Assembly: GCA_043228905.1 (NCBI GenBank)
Contig: JBHGNT010000012.1
Coordinates: forward strand, 7,316,001 to 7,380,000
Origin: Azolla caroliniana
Taxonomy: Eukaryota > Plantae > Polypodiophyta
DNA: 64,000 nt
Direction of reading: 5' to 3'
Part shown: piece by piece, positions 13,301 through 25,978 of the stretch
Numbering within the stretch: the stretch's first letter is position 1
How the letters are laid out: every line of letters begins with the position of its first letter
Translations under genes and position numbers: made by a program
The notes under the pieces: model-generated
Database searches by the model: none
What the model was told of the DNA's origin: nothing
Seen by the model: only the letters and a program-made list of their open reading frames with translations

Positions 13301-16300
13301 TGACATCAAAACAACCTTCGAGATGACTGATCTAGGACTTCTCCATTATTTCATAGGTATGAAGGTTTATCAATCACATAGTGGTATCTTCCTCAGCCAA
13401 CATAGGTATCTCAAGCAGCTCCTTGAGACCTATAGCATGTCAAGTTGCAGGCCACTCTCCTGTCCAATGGATCCAAACTCAAAGCTATCTCGTGAAGATA
13501 ATTCTCCCATATTTGAGGATATCACCAAATATAGAAGGTTAATTGGGTCCCTTCTTCACTTAACTTATACCAGGCCTGATTTGTCCTATAACATGAGTAT
13601 TCTCAGCCAATTCTTAAGTGCTCCAAGACAAAGTCATTGGCAAGCAGCTGTTCGAGTTCTTCGATATTTGGCCAACACGCTCGACTATGGTCTGTCTTTT
13701 AGAGGCGGCATTGAGCTTGTTGGATACTTGGATGCTGATTGGGCAGGTGATATTGATTCTAGAAGGTCCACATCTGGCTATTGTTTTATGTTAGGTTCAG
13801 GCTTGATTTCTTGGAAATCGAAGAAGCAAAACTCAGTTTCTACTTCATCAATGAAAGCTGAATATCGTGCCTTCTTGGATACTTGCTGTGAGTTGCTATG
13901 GTTAATGCAATTGTTTTCTCACATTGGTGTTTTGCAAGACTCTCCTATTGCAGTTTTCACCGACAGCGAAAGTGCTTGTGCCATGGCACATAGCTCAACA
14001 TTTCATGGTAGAACAAAACATATCGAAGTGCACTACCATTTTGTTCGTGAATTAGTGACTTTTGCTGCTACTTAATAACAAGCTCTATTCTGTGGCTGTG
14101 TCTCTACTCTTTGCAACCATTTTTTCTACTGCTGTCTAACAGCCTTCTCACAGCTTGGCTGTGTCTATTTTGTTCTAATAACTGTTCTGCTGCTGCTATT
14201 AACAGCTTTTCTCACAGTTCCATGACTAAATTCTAAATTCTTAATAATTGATGTGAATCTTTTGTCAATGATGTGCTGTCAGATCCATGATATAAGCTAT
14301 GCATGATTTTACTATTAAAACTAATGATTGCAGAGTCAAATCTGAACATTCACTGAACTTTAGTTAAACCTATGATAAAATGATTCTTTATATTTCTTAA
14401 AGTAATTGGCATGTTTTTTATTTTTATTTTCAGGTTGACAAGAGACATGCAGCCAACCAAAGGGCTATAGCTGCTCTGAAAAAGGTGAGTAAAAGAGTGT
14501 TTCTTTACAGAATTCCACTCATTTTTTATGAACTGAAGTACAAAGTACAATGCTGAATAAAAATGAATGAGGACATGAATTTGAACATATTAGAACGATA
14601 TATAAATGTGATTTGAGGACATTAACTGCAGCTAAATCATGATGATAAGGGATTTGAGTTGACTTTGTTACACTTTTCTAAGTGTTTCTTGAACATCTTT
14701 CTAGTTTTGAGACATTATATTTATTTCTTGGCATATCGGTCTTGCTTGGGCATGCAATTCTCTTGTTAAATCATAGTAGCTCTATTTGCAAGGGGAAAGT
14801 TATTGTCATTTAATGCAGGAGCACATATGACATAGCTATAAGGGATTTGAAGTAGCATAGTTGACCCAGATCTTGAGTGCTAGATACTTTCCAGGAAAAT
14901 GACGAATCAGCATCATTTTGTAAAAGTCAGTTCTATTTTTGGTAAACCTGGCATACATATATAATTTGGAAATCTATTTTGATCCATAGTTGCTGAATTT
15001 TAGGAATCTTGTTTCTGGACATATCTCCTCTAAGGAGCGACTTTCTTAAGAAGAGTAGGTGAAGGAATAAAAGAAAGCAAGGGAGGTGGAATGAGAAGGA
15101 AAGAAGGGGAGGATCTAAGAAAGAGCAAGAATTGGAGCTGTATGACCAATATCATGAAGAATCAGTGCAGGTTAAAGAACAATGAAAGTGAGGGAGGATT
15201 GCTGATGGAGTAGCAAAGGCAATGAAGAGGGATGGATCTTGCTTTTATGTACCTGAGGTCTCAGCCCACACAGGGACAAAACTAGAGAGTCTACTAGTTG
15301 TGTTGTTACATTTCATCGCCAAGAAACCTTAATTCCACGTATATCAGAGAAGTCTATTGCAGATGTTTCATACTCAATAAGAAAAATGTCACTGGAGAAA
15401 TTTACATAAAGACTTTGTGGGCTCTAAGCAGATTAGGTAATCAGGAGAGGGCTAATCACAGTTCTTAGAGCAGACTGATTCACCAAACATGAGTCTTCCA
15501 ATATTTACTTATTTTATAATAGGACTTGTGATATGTGTATGGTTACTAAAGCTTACGAATAGAGTAAAGGAAAAATATTGCTGCTTGGTATACTCTTATC
15601 AGTCAAAATGCTCAATTAGTGTGTTACTGTATGTAGTATGGTGCAACCCGTGTGGAAGTTCAGGCTGATGGGTCTTTGGCATATCCAGGGGTTCCAATCA
15701 CAACAGATGGTTCAGGTACGTAAGTAAATCTTGGTAAAGCAACTTACTCCTGCAAGTTTGAGCTGATCATTTAAATGTAAAGTATGTCATGTTGATAGCA
15801 AATGAAAAATCAATCACACTTCCTGAGCCTCTTACGGTGGATGAAGAGACTTTGATTCAAAGGTTCTATGAACAGAAGATTCAACAAGTCTGTGCTGCAT
15901 TTAGCTTCCCCCACAAGATTCAGGTCACTTGAGGCGGTTTATGGGTAATCGTTTGTCATTCTTCTGTTTCATTCTGATGGAAAACTGAATAGTTTACATT
16001 TTTTAACTGTAGGCTACAGCGATATTGTATTTCAAGAGATTTTTTCTCAACTGGTCTGTCATGGAACATGATCCCAAACAAATTATGTAAGATGATTTAA
16101 TAATTTTTCTCTGACTACACTAAAATACAGAAGCTCATTTTGAAACCACTGTTTTCATTGTTTTGTCTCTCAATGGCTGCCAGTGCTTTGTTGTCCTCAT
16201 CGTCCTTTTTTCTTCTGCTATGCATTCATGCATTTCTAGTGAATCTACTGCTAACAGATATATTGCAATTTCTGTGATTCACTTGTGTTCATTCTGATCT

Positions 16301-17898
16301 TTGTCCCAAAGACTCAACAGGACTTATATCAAGACGTATAATTTACCCTGATCATATGTTTGCCTTGTTTTTTAGGCTTACTTGCATATACATATCATGC
16401 AAAGTTGAGGAATTTCATGTGTCTGCTGAAGAATTTGGGAAGGGTATTCAACAAGATCCTCAAGCTGTGCTTAAGAATGAGCTTTGTTTGTTGCAGGTTT
16501 GTAAGATGTCTGGACCACACAATGTTAAGCATATAAAATAATTACATGTTAAACAGAGAATGTTTCACCTCAAATTTCCAGGGATTGGAATTTGATCTGA
16601 TTGTTTATGCTCCATATCGTTCACTGGATGGTTTCATTATCGATATGGAGGTACACTAAAGACGTTACTGCCTTTAATAACAGTCATGAGCATTTCTTCA
16701 TGGCATATGGTTTTTGAAATGTTATTCTGAAGGAGGTTTGTAATATTTGCAGAGTTTTTTCGGTTCAAAAGATGAGGCCTTCTTGCAGAAATTGAAGGTT
16801 TGTCATATTAATGTATTGCAATTAAAAAACCCATTCTTGTTAAAACTATGTTTTTGTTTCTAGTGAATGGTCTTTACAACCTTATAAATGGTGCCATCTC
16901 CTGGAGGATATAGTTTCAAGATAATGAGACAATATGGGAAATGGAAGTTGGTGCTTGCTAAGGGGCAGGAAAAATAACCTTTAGAGGCAGAATGTCCAGA
17001 TTTTTATTGCAGCAATACTTATCAATGGCATGTGTATGATGAATGATTGCACAACACTTATTTATATATTCATAATTGTAACCACAAATTTACAACGAAC
17101 CCTTGTTGAAATTCTTTTTGTATCTCTATTACACTGGTTAAACTAAATGCAATCAATGACACTTTATACAGGATCTAAAAGAAGCTGCAATGTTTGTTGT
17201 TGACAATGCTATGTTGACTGATGCTGTTCTTCAGTTCCCTCCTGGTCAGGTTAGGTATAAATGCAAAAGACTTGTTTTTTTGGGTGCTTGTTTTGCTTGA
17301 TATTATAGCTGTTATTGTATCTGTGGCATTTTATTCTTGACAGATGGCTATTGCAGCCCTATACAATGCAAATCTGGAGAACAATTTGATTGATTTTGAT
17401 AGGTATGGCCACCTGAGATATTACTGAATTCTGCTCAGTATGTTGGCTCCACTCATTCATTATGCCTGTCTGGGAATTGCGTTAGGTATCTGAAAAGTGT
17501 GGCAGAACGTCAGTCGAGAAAGTTTTCCTATTCAGAGCTAATTGACCGAGTTCATTCTGTTATTCAAAAGGTAATGTCAAAAGTTGTATGAAGTATTGTT
17601 ATCATAATAATAGTTCTTAAAAGAAACCATTCTATTGCAGATGAAAGAGGTAAGGTTTGTGAATGAAGATGATGTGAAACGTATTGATCGCAAACTAAAA
17701 TATTGCCGAAATCCAGCACTTCAAGATGAGTAAGTCTGTTATAAATAGATGTGTATAGATATAGGGTCCACATTAGATGTTGGTATGGACTGACATATGG
17801 ATTTCTTTTCTTTCAGAAGTAAAAAAAGGGAGAGAAAAGGAAAACACAAGACGAAACGGTCATCACAGGATGCAGCTGCAAAACCTGAGGGACTCTGA
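7313..17898 (+). CDS. CYCH;1: Cyclin H (CAK subunit), ~338 aa. Exons 7313-7372, 14434-14484, 15637-15715, 15799-15923, 16013-16086, 16376-16496, 16582-16650, 16753-16797, 17172-17249, 17344-17402, 17486-17570, 17641-17729, 17817-17898
   Basis: Thirteen GT-AG exons splice in frame to [32 protein letters not shown]... [57 protein letters not shown]... [18 protein letters not shown]... [18 protein letters not shown]... [11 protein letters not shown]. These are hallmark plant cyclin H motifs. Confidence 0.95.
7900..8380 (-). mobile_element. Possible highly decayed LINE endonuclease fragment in the cyclin H intron
   Basis: The minus-strand ORF 8187-8378 has YFPP...[17 protein letters not shown], resembling the YxPP and GDFN motifs of AP-type endonucleases. 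Boundaries are uncertain. Confidence 0.4.
8794..9261 (+). mobile_element. Solo LTR, same copia family as 9421-14216
   Basis: Starts TGTTGG and ends TCACA. Flanked by TSD CCAAT (8789-8793 / 9262-9266). Colinear with the LTR at 9421 and retains TATAAATA at ~9065. Confidence 0.93.
9421..14216 (+). mobile_element. Decayed Ty1/copia LTR retrotransposon inside cyclin H intron 1
   Basis: 5' LTR 9421-9916, PBS TGGTATCAGAGC 9917-9928, truncated 3' LTR ~14056-14216 and TSD GTTCC (9416-9420 / 14217-14221). Confidence 0.95.
10146..14075 (+). pseudogene. Copia gag-pol, broken by stops and frameshifts
   Basis: Gag ([10 protein letters not shown]), zinc knuckle [14 protein letters not shown], protease [19 protein letters not shown], integrase [39 protein letters not shown], RNase [21 protein letters not shown]. 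Confidence 0.93.
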
Positions 17899-18544
17899 TA
17901 TCACAGAATATAGATGTGTTCTTCGAGTAAGAGCTGTGTGTTGGTTCAAGGTAGCTGTATGTGCTCAGGGTTGAACAGTATCAGATGGAGGAAGTGGTAT
18001 AGATCAAATTGCCATTCTCCTCGACTTTCAGCTTTTGGATGTAAGTCTGTTATTGCCAGAGAAATCTGGTCATTCTCGGCTGAGAAAGCAATTGAAAAAA
18101 AAAGCCTGGAAATGGAATGTGGAATCTTTGTGCAATGCACAAGGCAGGAGGATCACATACAAATGTAGAGGTGGTGCTCCCTTCTGATGAGATTAGAAAT
18201 GGTAAAAGATTTTTCATGTGACATCATAGTGATTGAATGTAGGAAGCATTTATTTCTACATGTTAGGGTGTAGGGTAGAGTGCTTGATAAACACAGGCAG
18301 AGTGTTAAAAGCCGCTTCCGTGTACTTGTATTAAACATTGTGATTGAACTAATCTCTTCATACACGACTCACAGATATGCAAATATAATCTGTTTTGTGG
18401 AATTGTGGAATTGTATCATGCATCTGCAGGTCGATAAGAAAAGATTGCAGATCTTAATAATTGTGGTGTACCTACTTAAAGCTATGAATGGTCCTTTCAT
18501 GTATTTAGGTGAACCATTTTTGTTTAGTTGTTTGGCTGATTCTC

Positions 18545-18833
18545 CGCCTTATCAGCTAGAGATGCGCACCTGTCCTTAACTGGTTGGTATGCTCAAAGCA
18601 AGCCTATGCTCTGAATACATTAGCATGGAATAACGTGATAGGACTTCGGTCCTACTGTGTTGGTCTTTGAGATCGGAATAATGATTAATAGGAAAAGTTA
18701 AGGGCATTCGTATTTCATAAGTCTTTGTCAAAGATGTTTCCATTAATAATAAAAAATGAAAGTTGGGAGCGTTAATACAATTAGATACTCTTAGTCAACC
18801 ATAAACAATGTTGACTAGGGGTTGGCAGATGTT
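18545..18833 (+). pseudogene. Degenerate nuclear 18S rRNA fragment (V4-V5 region) with internal deletions
   Basis: Colinear with conserved eukaryotic SSU rRNA motifs: tgctcaaagcaagcct, atacattagcatggaataac, taatgattaatagg, ggcattcgtatttcata, gatgtttccattaat, gaaagttggg, tagatac, accataaac. Confidence 0.85.
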
Positions 18834-18859
18834 AGTTGAGGCATTGGTCTTAGTACATA

Positions 18860-19047
18860 GTCTAGTTGGCCTTTTGGGTGTAGAAACCAAAGAGATTCCC
18901 AAAATCTTTAAATTTCACAGGTGAAGTCTAGTTGGCTTTTTGGGTGTAGAAACCAAACAGCCTCCCAAAATCTTTAAATTTCACGGGTGAAGTCTAATTG
19001 GCCTTTTGGGAGTAGAAACCAAAGAACTGCCCAAAATCTTTAAATTT
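18860..19047. repeat. ~65-bp tandem repeat, three copies
   Basis: gtcta.ttggc.ttttggg.gtagaaaccaaa......cccaaaatctttaaatttc occurs three times. Confidence 0.9.
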
Positions 19048-19479
19048 CGGGCTCACCTACTACTGGTTAATTGACACGAGTAATTCCATTAAAGGCAAGT
19101 ACTTCTGGGAAATTTAATATACCAGCATGCAATGATTGATACTTTCAAAACTGTGTTTGAATCAATATTTTATAAGCTTTTTACTTGCAACAATAATTCA
19201 CCAGTTCGAGATGTATTAATGTTTAAATACATCTGCTTAAAGAGAGGTGAGACGAGAATAAAGATGACCTCCAGTCTGTTCCCAGATATCCATAGATCCT
19301 CATGATGCTGTTTCTTTCTTGTTAAAATATTTCGGCAATGAGTGAAATACGGGAATACCCATGCCTACTATATGGCCAGGTGCCCTAATCCTTCTATGTC
19401 AAGTTCAAGGGTTACCTATATATAGATCCCCTTTCACCATATCTCAGAGCCTACACTTATGCATCATACTGGAATATAA

Positions 19480-19985
19480 GAACTCATGTTTGCCATTGGG
19501 TCATGTGATCTAATCAATGTCAAACTATTAGGTTCTGAGAAATGAAAGCTATTTAAGGGAAGGCCATAATAAATGATCAGGCCTGAACAGAAGCACCTGT
19601 GTTAGTTTTCTGGGCTGTGTCCTCTAATTGATGTCAAACTAGTTTCTAAGAAATGGAAGCTACATAATGCCAAGAACAAATCATCAGACTGGAACATAAA
19701 TAAGCGCCCATGTTTGCTATTGGGTTGCGTGCTGCAATTGACGTTTCTAAGAAATCGAAGCTACGGAAGGGACAGCCATAATAAATCATCAAACTAGAAA
19801 ATAAATACCTATCTTCACTATTGGGTCATGTCCTATACTTGAACATCAAGGGATAACCATAATAAATCATCATACTCCAAAATTAAGCACCCATGTTTGC
19901 TATTGGGTCGTGTACTCTAATCAATGTCAAATTATTAGTTTCTAAGAAATGAAAGCAATGCAAGGGATGACCATAATAAATCAAT
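19480..19985. repeat. Decayed ~100-bp tandem array, about five units
   Basis: Recurrent catgtttgctattgggt, aatgtcaaa.tattag, ttctaagaaat.gaagcta and ccataataaatca. Confidence 0.75.
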
Positions 19986-20989
19986 GGCATTTTAAGCACA
20001 CTCAGCAGCTTATGCACATTTTTACGTCAAATTATTAGTTTTACATCAAGAAATGATATAATCCATCTCACTACAGTGAGTTGGAATAAAAATAAGAACA
20101 TTACACCACCTATTTGATAACATTACAAATCTATATAAAAACATCCCAAAATATGTGACAAAGCCTTCCCATTAATGAAGTGATATGCTATGCTCAAGTG
20201 GCTCATTTATTTAGTTTGATTTTACCTGGCACCTAAATCTTTTAATTTGTTGTGCACCAAAAAGGGGTGAGCAAGAGATTCAGTTAGTCTTTGCTCAACA
20301 TTATTTGACACAGATATTTGTTCTTATCCGCTAGAAGAAAAAACGCACCATCATTCATAGACGAACTAACACTTCAAAATGAAATTTCAATTAATAAATA
20401 TACCCATGGGAAATGAAATGTACACATTCTACAATGACGGCTTTCCAGTATAGAACATAAAAGTTGATAGCTCACCAAAGCCCCGAACAAAAAATTATGC
20501 TTTTTTGCCACATGATTAAGTGCCTGCAAACACCTCCAATTGTGTAAGAAACAGAAATGAAAATCATTACAATAATGATAGTTTTCTTGTGCTAGCAAAT
20601 GCATCAGTAATTATTGAGAGACAGCATATTTCTGTCAGATGTCAATGTGAAATTTGAAGGTAGTCCTAAAGGCAAATACATGAAACTGCTCTATATCATT
20701 ATGTTCTTTTTCTAGAGGCTAATCTGCTCTTCCTCATTTCCTTTTCTAGCGGCTAATCTGCCCTTGACCATTTCTTTGTTGAAATGTCATAAAATGCATT
20801 AAATAGTTCTTTAAAACTTACGAGTTTGAGGCATCATAAAATGCAGAAAACTGTTCTCTACCAATCCTATGTTTGAGACATCATAATACATATCAAACTG
20901 CTCTATATCATTTCTCAGTTGAAACATCAAATGCATAAAAGTGCTCTATATCATATATTGAGACGTTTCAATCACTTAATATGCAGCAA

Positions 20990-23900
20990 TCAATTCTCAT
21001 AAATACCAGTATCAAGGTCTCCAGACAAGCTTAGTGTGCGACTGAGTTCCAAACGATATTCGACACCTCTCATGTGATGGCCCAACAACATGCACCTGCA
21101 ATAAATCATGACCTTCAGAAAAGAAAACACTACCCCTTCCCGAATTGATGCATAATTTAACATTATATAATACAGAGATGCAAGATATTTACAAACCAGA
21201 AAAGCAATCTTGCAAGATAGTCACGATTCACTGTAAGCACAGATTGTGATTGTAAGGGGGAAGAACTACATCTTTTAATGCTATCCTCATCCCATGGACC
21301 ATTATTAATAGTGCTTGCCCCTCGTGGACAACCATATTGCAGATCTTTATGCTGTAGCTTTGTTGAAGGATCATCAAGAAGCCCACTGATAACATGTTCA
21401 ATCACCTCCTCCACTTCTTGTGAAGTGGGTCGTGATAATTCTGCCACCTGTCGAAGAGTATGCATCATGAATTGACAACATAGAGATCAACCATTGGGAT
21501 TTGATGCAGAAAAGAACATACATTGGGATTTAACAATATTAATACTCAATTTCCACTTGTGTAAAGTACTCTTAACAAACAAAAATACAAAATTCCAACC
21601 TTATCAGGTGGCAAACTCCGAAGGTAGTCCAATAGGTCATTGTTTTCTTCTCCAACTATGGTTTGCACCTGAAGGCCAGAAGTGATTCGCTTACGATCCT
21701 CGAGCTCCTGAAGTGAAACCACATTCAACAGATGGCAATGATTTTGAAAATTGATATGATCAATCATTAGTTTCTGTTATTTCCTCTGATGGGATCATAA
21801 GTGTTCTTACTGTCCCAAAAACTGTTAAAATCCTACAGAGACTTTAGATAGAATGAGGATCCAAGACACTCCAATCTGTCTTAGAACATGATCAAATGTA
21901 AAAATCTAAAATTGTGTATTATAAGATGAAGAATCCACATAAAACTGCAGCATCAGTAGTAAACACATAGCTCACATGAATTTGAGCTTCTAAATACATT
22001 ATCTTCCAAGCGTCTCTGAGATTCTAGTTCTCAACACAGTTGAGCTTCTGCACTGGCAACTCTTGAATGTTTCCATGTTCCAAGGCATCCAGATTATTTC
22101 TTCGTTTATGTAAAATCACAATTATAAATGGTAGTAATGGACAATTGTACAAGGTGCAATTCTTCTTAATACACGAGTAAAACAACAATTATAAAAGGTA
22201 GCTATGGAAAACTGAACAAGGTAAAATCCTTCGTAATACTTACACTCAGAATTTCTGGTTATTAACATCTAATTTTCCTAAATGAAATTTCAGCATTTCT
22301 GTCTTTTCCTGTGTCCAATTGATCTAGCACCATTTTTGGTGAATTAAACATGATGCAACTGGTGCGCTTGTCACCATGTAATATAAAATTGCCCGTATAA
22401 TGTTACACAACATACAAACTATAAAGAGTTTCAAATCTTAGACTGCAATCTTTTTTAATCAGAACTGTTTGACTTGTAAAGTAGCATTTTGCCCATATAC
22501 TGTGATCCAGAAGACAATTTGGGATGAGGCCATCTCCATTCTTCTTCACTTGTTGATCAGACATCATTCTTCAAAGATATCAATCTTCATTCTTTGTAAC
22601 AATGTCTTGACTCCGCCTATTTGACAGCACAAAATATTAAGTCTAAATAAATTGGAACACATTATTGAGATTATCTATATAATCTAGTACCGAAAATGGG
22701 ATACCTGATTGATCAGCTACAGAAAAATTCACTTTAGAGAATGACAGCAGCTACTTTTCTTGACCGTATATTCTATATGGAATCTTCAAGATCAGGTCAT
22801 TGAGAATTACATCACCTTTCCTTCATGTGATCATTGTCCTTAACTAATGCCAGAAGCTAAATTGATTGCATACCTTGCCATGTCACTATACTGGAAGGAA
22901 CTTTTTTTTCACATAGTTAAACCAGTATGCAAGGCTCTCCACCATTTATCTTCTAGGGAAAATTAATGTAGTGCTAGATCTTTTCAAATTTATGTTTATA
23001 CACTTAGTCGAAAATTTAACAAAACTGAAACTAAGGATTCCTATAAAAAATCTCTCTCCTGTTTAGGATATATTCTTCTTTGATTGATCAAAGAATATAC
23101 CATAATAAATAGATGTCCTAGTCATTCTTAATAATAGGTGTCTTAGTCATCCTTATAAACAGCTGTCTTAGTAATTCTTAATCATGATTGCTATAAAAAA
23201 ATTTAAACTCTCACTATTATAGTTATTAATTAGCAATGATCAATGGAGATTGATTTAATAGTGCAATTTCTAACCATTATTCGTTTAAGATATATCAGTT
23301 TGATTACATGATTCTTGGATCAATCTCACTGGCATAATTTTAGTATCCATGATGATTAATCTTATTTATTGTGAAGATTACTTTTTGAATAAATCCTTCT
23401 AATCATCTAAAATAAAAATCTATGAAAAAATAAACATGCACACATTGATTAATCTTTCTACATAACTCTAATTGCACAAATTGCTCTTCCTTAACGAGGC
23501 ACAGAGAGAGAGAGAGAGATTCTTGCTTGCTGGATTTTGTGGGGTACCACAACAAATATGTAGGCCAAAAAAAAGGAGAGTTGATTTGGCAGTTTTAAGA
23601 CCTATGTTGTATGGGAACCTTGTCCCCAAACGAGTTACATTTATGCCTTCTAGTATTACAGCACCTCAGAGGGTTTACCTTGCCATATGGCTATTAATGA
23701 CGTCGTTGAGATAGCAAGGTTTTGTATTGTCATCTTGTTTTAATACAGACATACGTTTACAGGGAAAAAACGGAGAGAGAGAGAAATCTTTCTTACGGTA
23801 ATAGAAAATTTTCTTCATACCTATTCTCAGGAGAAATGTTTTGAAGAAGCAGATGGAATTTTTTTTGAAAAGGTCAATCATTCTTTTGAAAATAGCATTT

Positions 23901-25946
23901 TCTATGTAATCCTCCCATAGTTCTAAAACCATTGATATAAGTATTAGTTTTCTTTGATTTCTTACTAAGAGAAGCATTAATTGTCTATATTTAGACTAAA
24001 GAGAAGCATCAATTGTTTGTATTTAAACTAGAGAATCAATGATTTTTTGCATTTAGAGTAACACTGAAACTAGCTCTCATAATTTCCTTTTTAACATGTG
24101 CATACCTTTGTAACAGACATCAGCTTTCCCTTGAGATACAGGACATAATTCCTAGTTTCTTCACTCATAGGACCAAGTGACTCGATTGTTTCAGCATCAT
24201 CCTCGATAGAGATTTTTCTTTCATGAAAATTCTCCAGAGAATTCTCAGCAATAATATTTTGTGTTTCTTCCTGTGGCATGTTCTTAAAACTGTCTCCTTG
24301 TTTTAAGCGTTCTTCCTGATTTGTGGATGGCTCATCTTGTTGACATCCAATCTCATCGTCATCAGAGGTTTCTAAACTCTTTTGGAGACACAATCTATAC
24401 TCAGCATTTCTTAATGTATATCTGCACAATTATTAGAAGAATAGAAAATTATAAACTCTTTTGAGACACAATCTAAACTCAAGACTCTGTTAATGGATAG
24501 CTGCACAAGCAAAGAAAGAAAGGAAACTCTAAACTCTTTTGGAGAGAGAATCTATGCTCAACACTTGTAAAGTGCGCAAATAACCAAAGAAGAGTGGAAA
24601 TTCTAAGCTCTTCTGAAGAGCACCAGTTATTACTTTACCAACTCTAACATTTTTTCATGGATAACTGCATAAGTAAAGAAAGAAACTCTGAAGACTTTGG
24701 AGACAGTCTATACAGCATTTCATAATGTGTAACCGTACAAGAAACAAAAGAAAGGAAGTTCTAAATTATTTTGGAGGGACAATCCAACTCATGAAGATTA
24801 AGGTTACACACATAATTATAACATAAGTAATAACTACAGAATGACTTTTGCTAATTACATGATTTAGAGTAAGCATGCACTATGCTTTAGTTACTAAAAA
24901 TAATTTGGGCTTGCACTGCTAAGAAAACTAGGAATGACTTTGATTAATTATCATGTTGATTAGATTCAGCAAACGGCAATGGAAGAAAGAAGTATTACAA
25001 ACATAAATAAATTCAGGCATCCAATGGCTTATATCAACCGTAAGAAAGCTTTGTACATGTCAATAGAATCAAGCAACTAAGATCATCTGAAAGTTTTATA
25101 CACTCAAGCTTTATATAAATCATAACAATACATCAATCATAAGAAAAAATCACATAATCATGCATACAATGGCTAATGAAAATCATAAGAAAGCATCACA
25201 AAATGTTAGCCTAATCAACCATCAAATGGGCAAAAAAATGTGAATATAGCCAATGGCTTATTACAATCATATGGAAGCATAACAAATTTTGATTAAATAG
25301 AGCAGCCAATGGTTTACAATGCCAATTAAATACATACCCAGTCATCATGGAAGAGACCAGCAGTTTTGCCAGCGGTTCTCGAGATGTCCCAACAGTTACA
25401 TGGAACTGATCAGAAGGAAGAATCCCTAGCATACCAGAGACTGTTCTCTTCATTGCATCCGTACTGTCAGGTGATGCCTCTTTACTGATTTGACTAACAT
25501 CAAGAGGCTTTACCTCCTGAATAAGGCTAAGAAGTAAAGAAGGTTCCTTCAAAGAAACATGTAAACTCAATGTTAGGTATATGCATCGCATACATACCTC
25601 TTTTGTATATATATGTATGTATTTATATAAATTCTTTCTATTTATATGTATATGCGTGTCTGGATTTTTTATTTCTTACGCAACCTATGATCCAAACTCT
25701 TTCTTTGCAAAAAGAATACTGCCCCCTCCATATAAATGCTATCGCTTATTTTGTTACAACATGATATGGCATTTCTATATCATGTGTATTTATCTCTCTT
25801 CTGTGCTTTTCCAGCCCTCAAACACTGGCAAATCTCATACACATAATAATCATAGCATATTCACAATACATAAATATATTCTCAGCCTTCAATTACTGAA
25901 TCCAAATGTTCCATCATACTGGTAATGCATACATATGTACGTACAT

Positions 25947-25978
<32 letters not shown>

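Noticed and set aside
18545-18833. Functional rRNA gene
   Set aside because: Only ~290 bp, with deletions and many substitutions, and no flanking rDNA.
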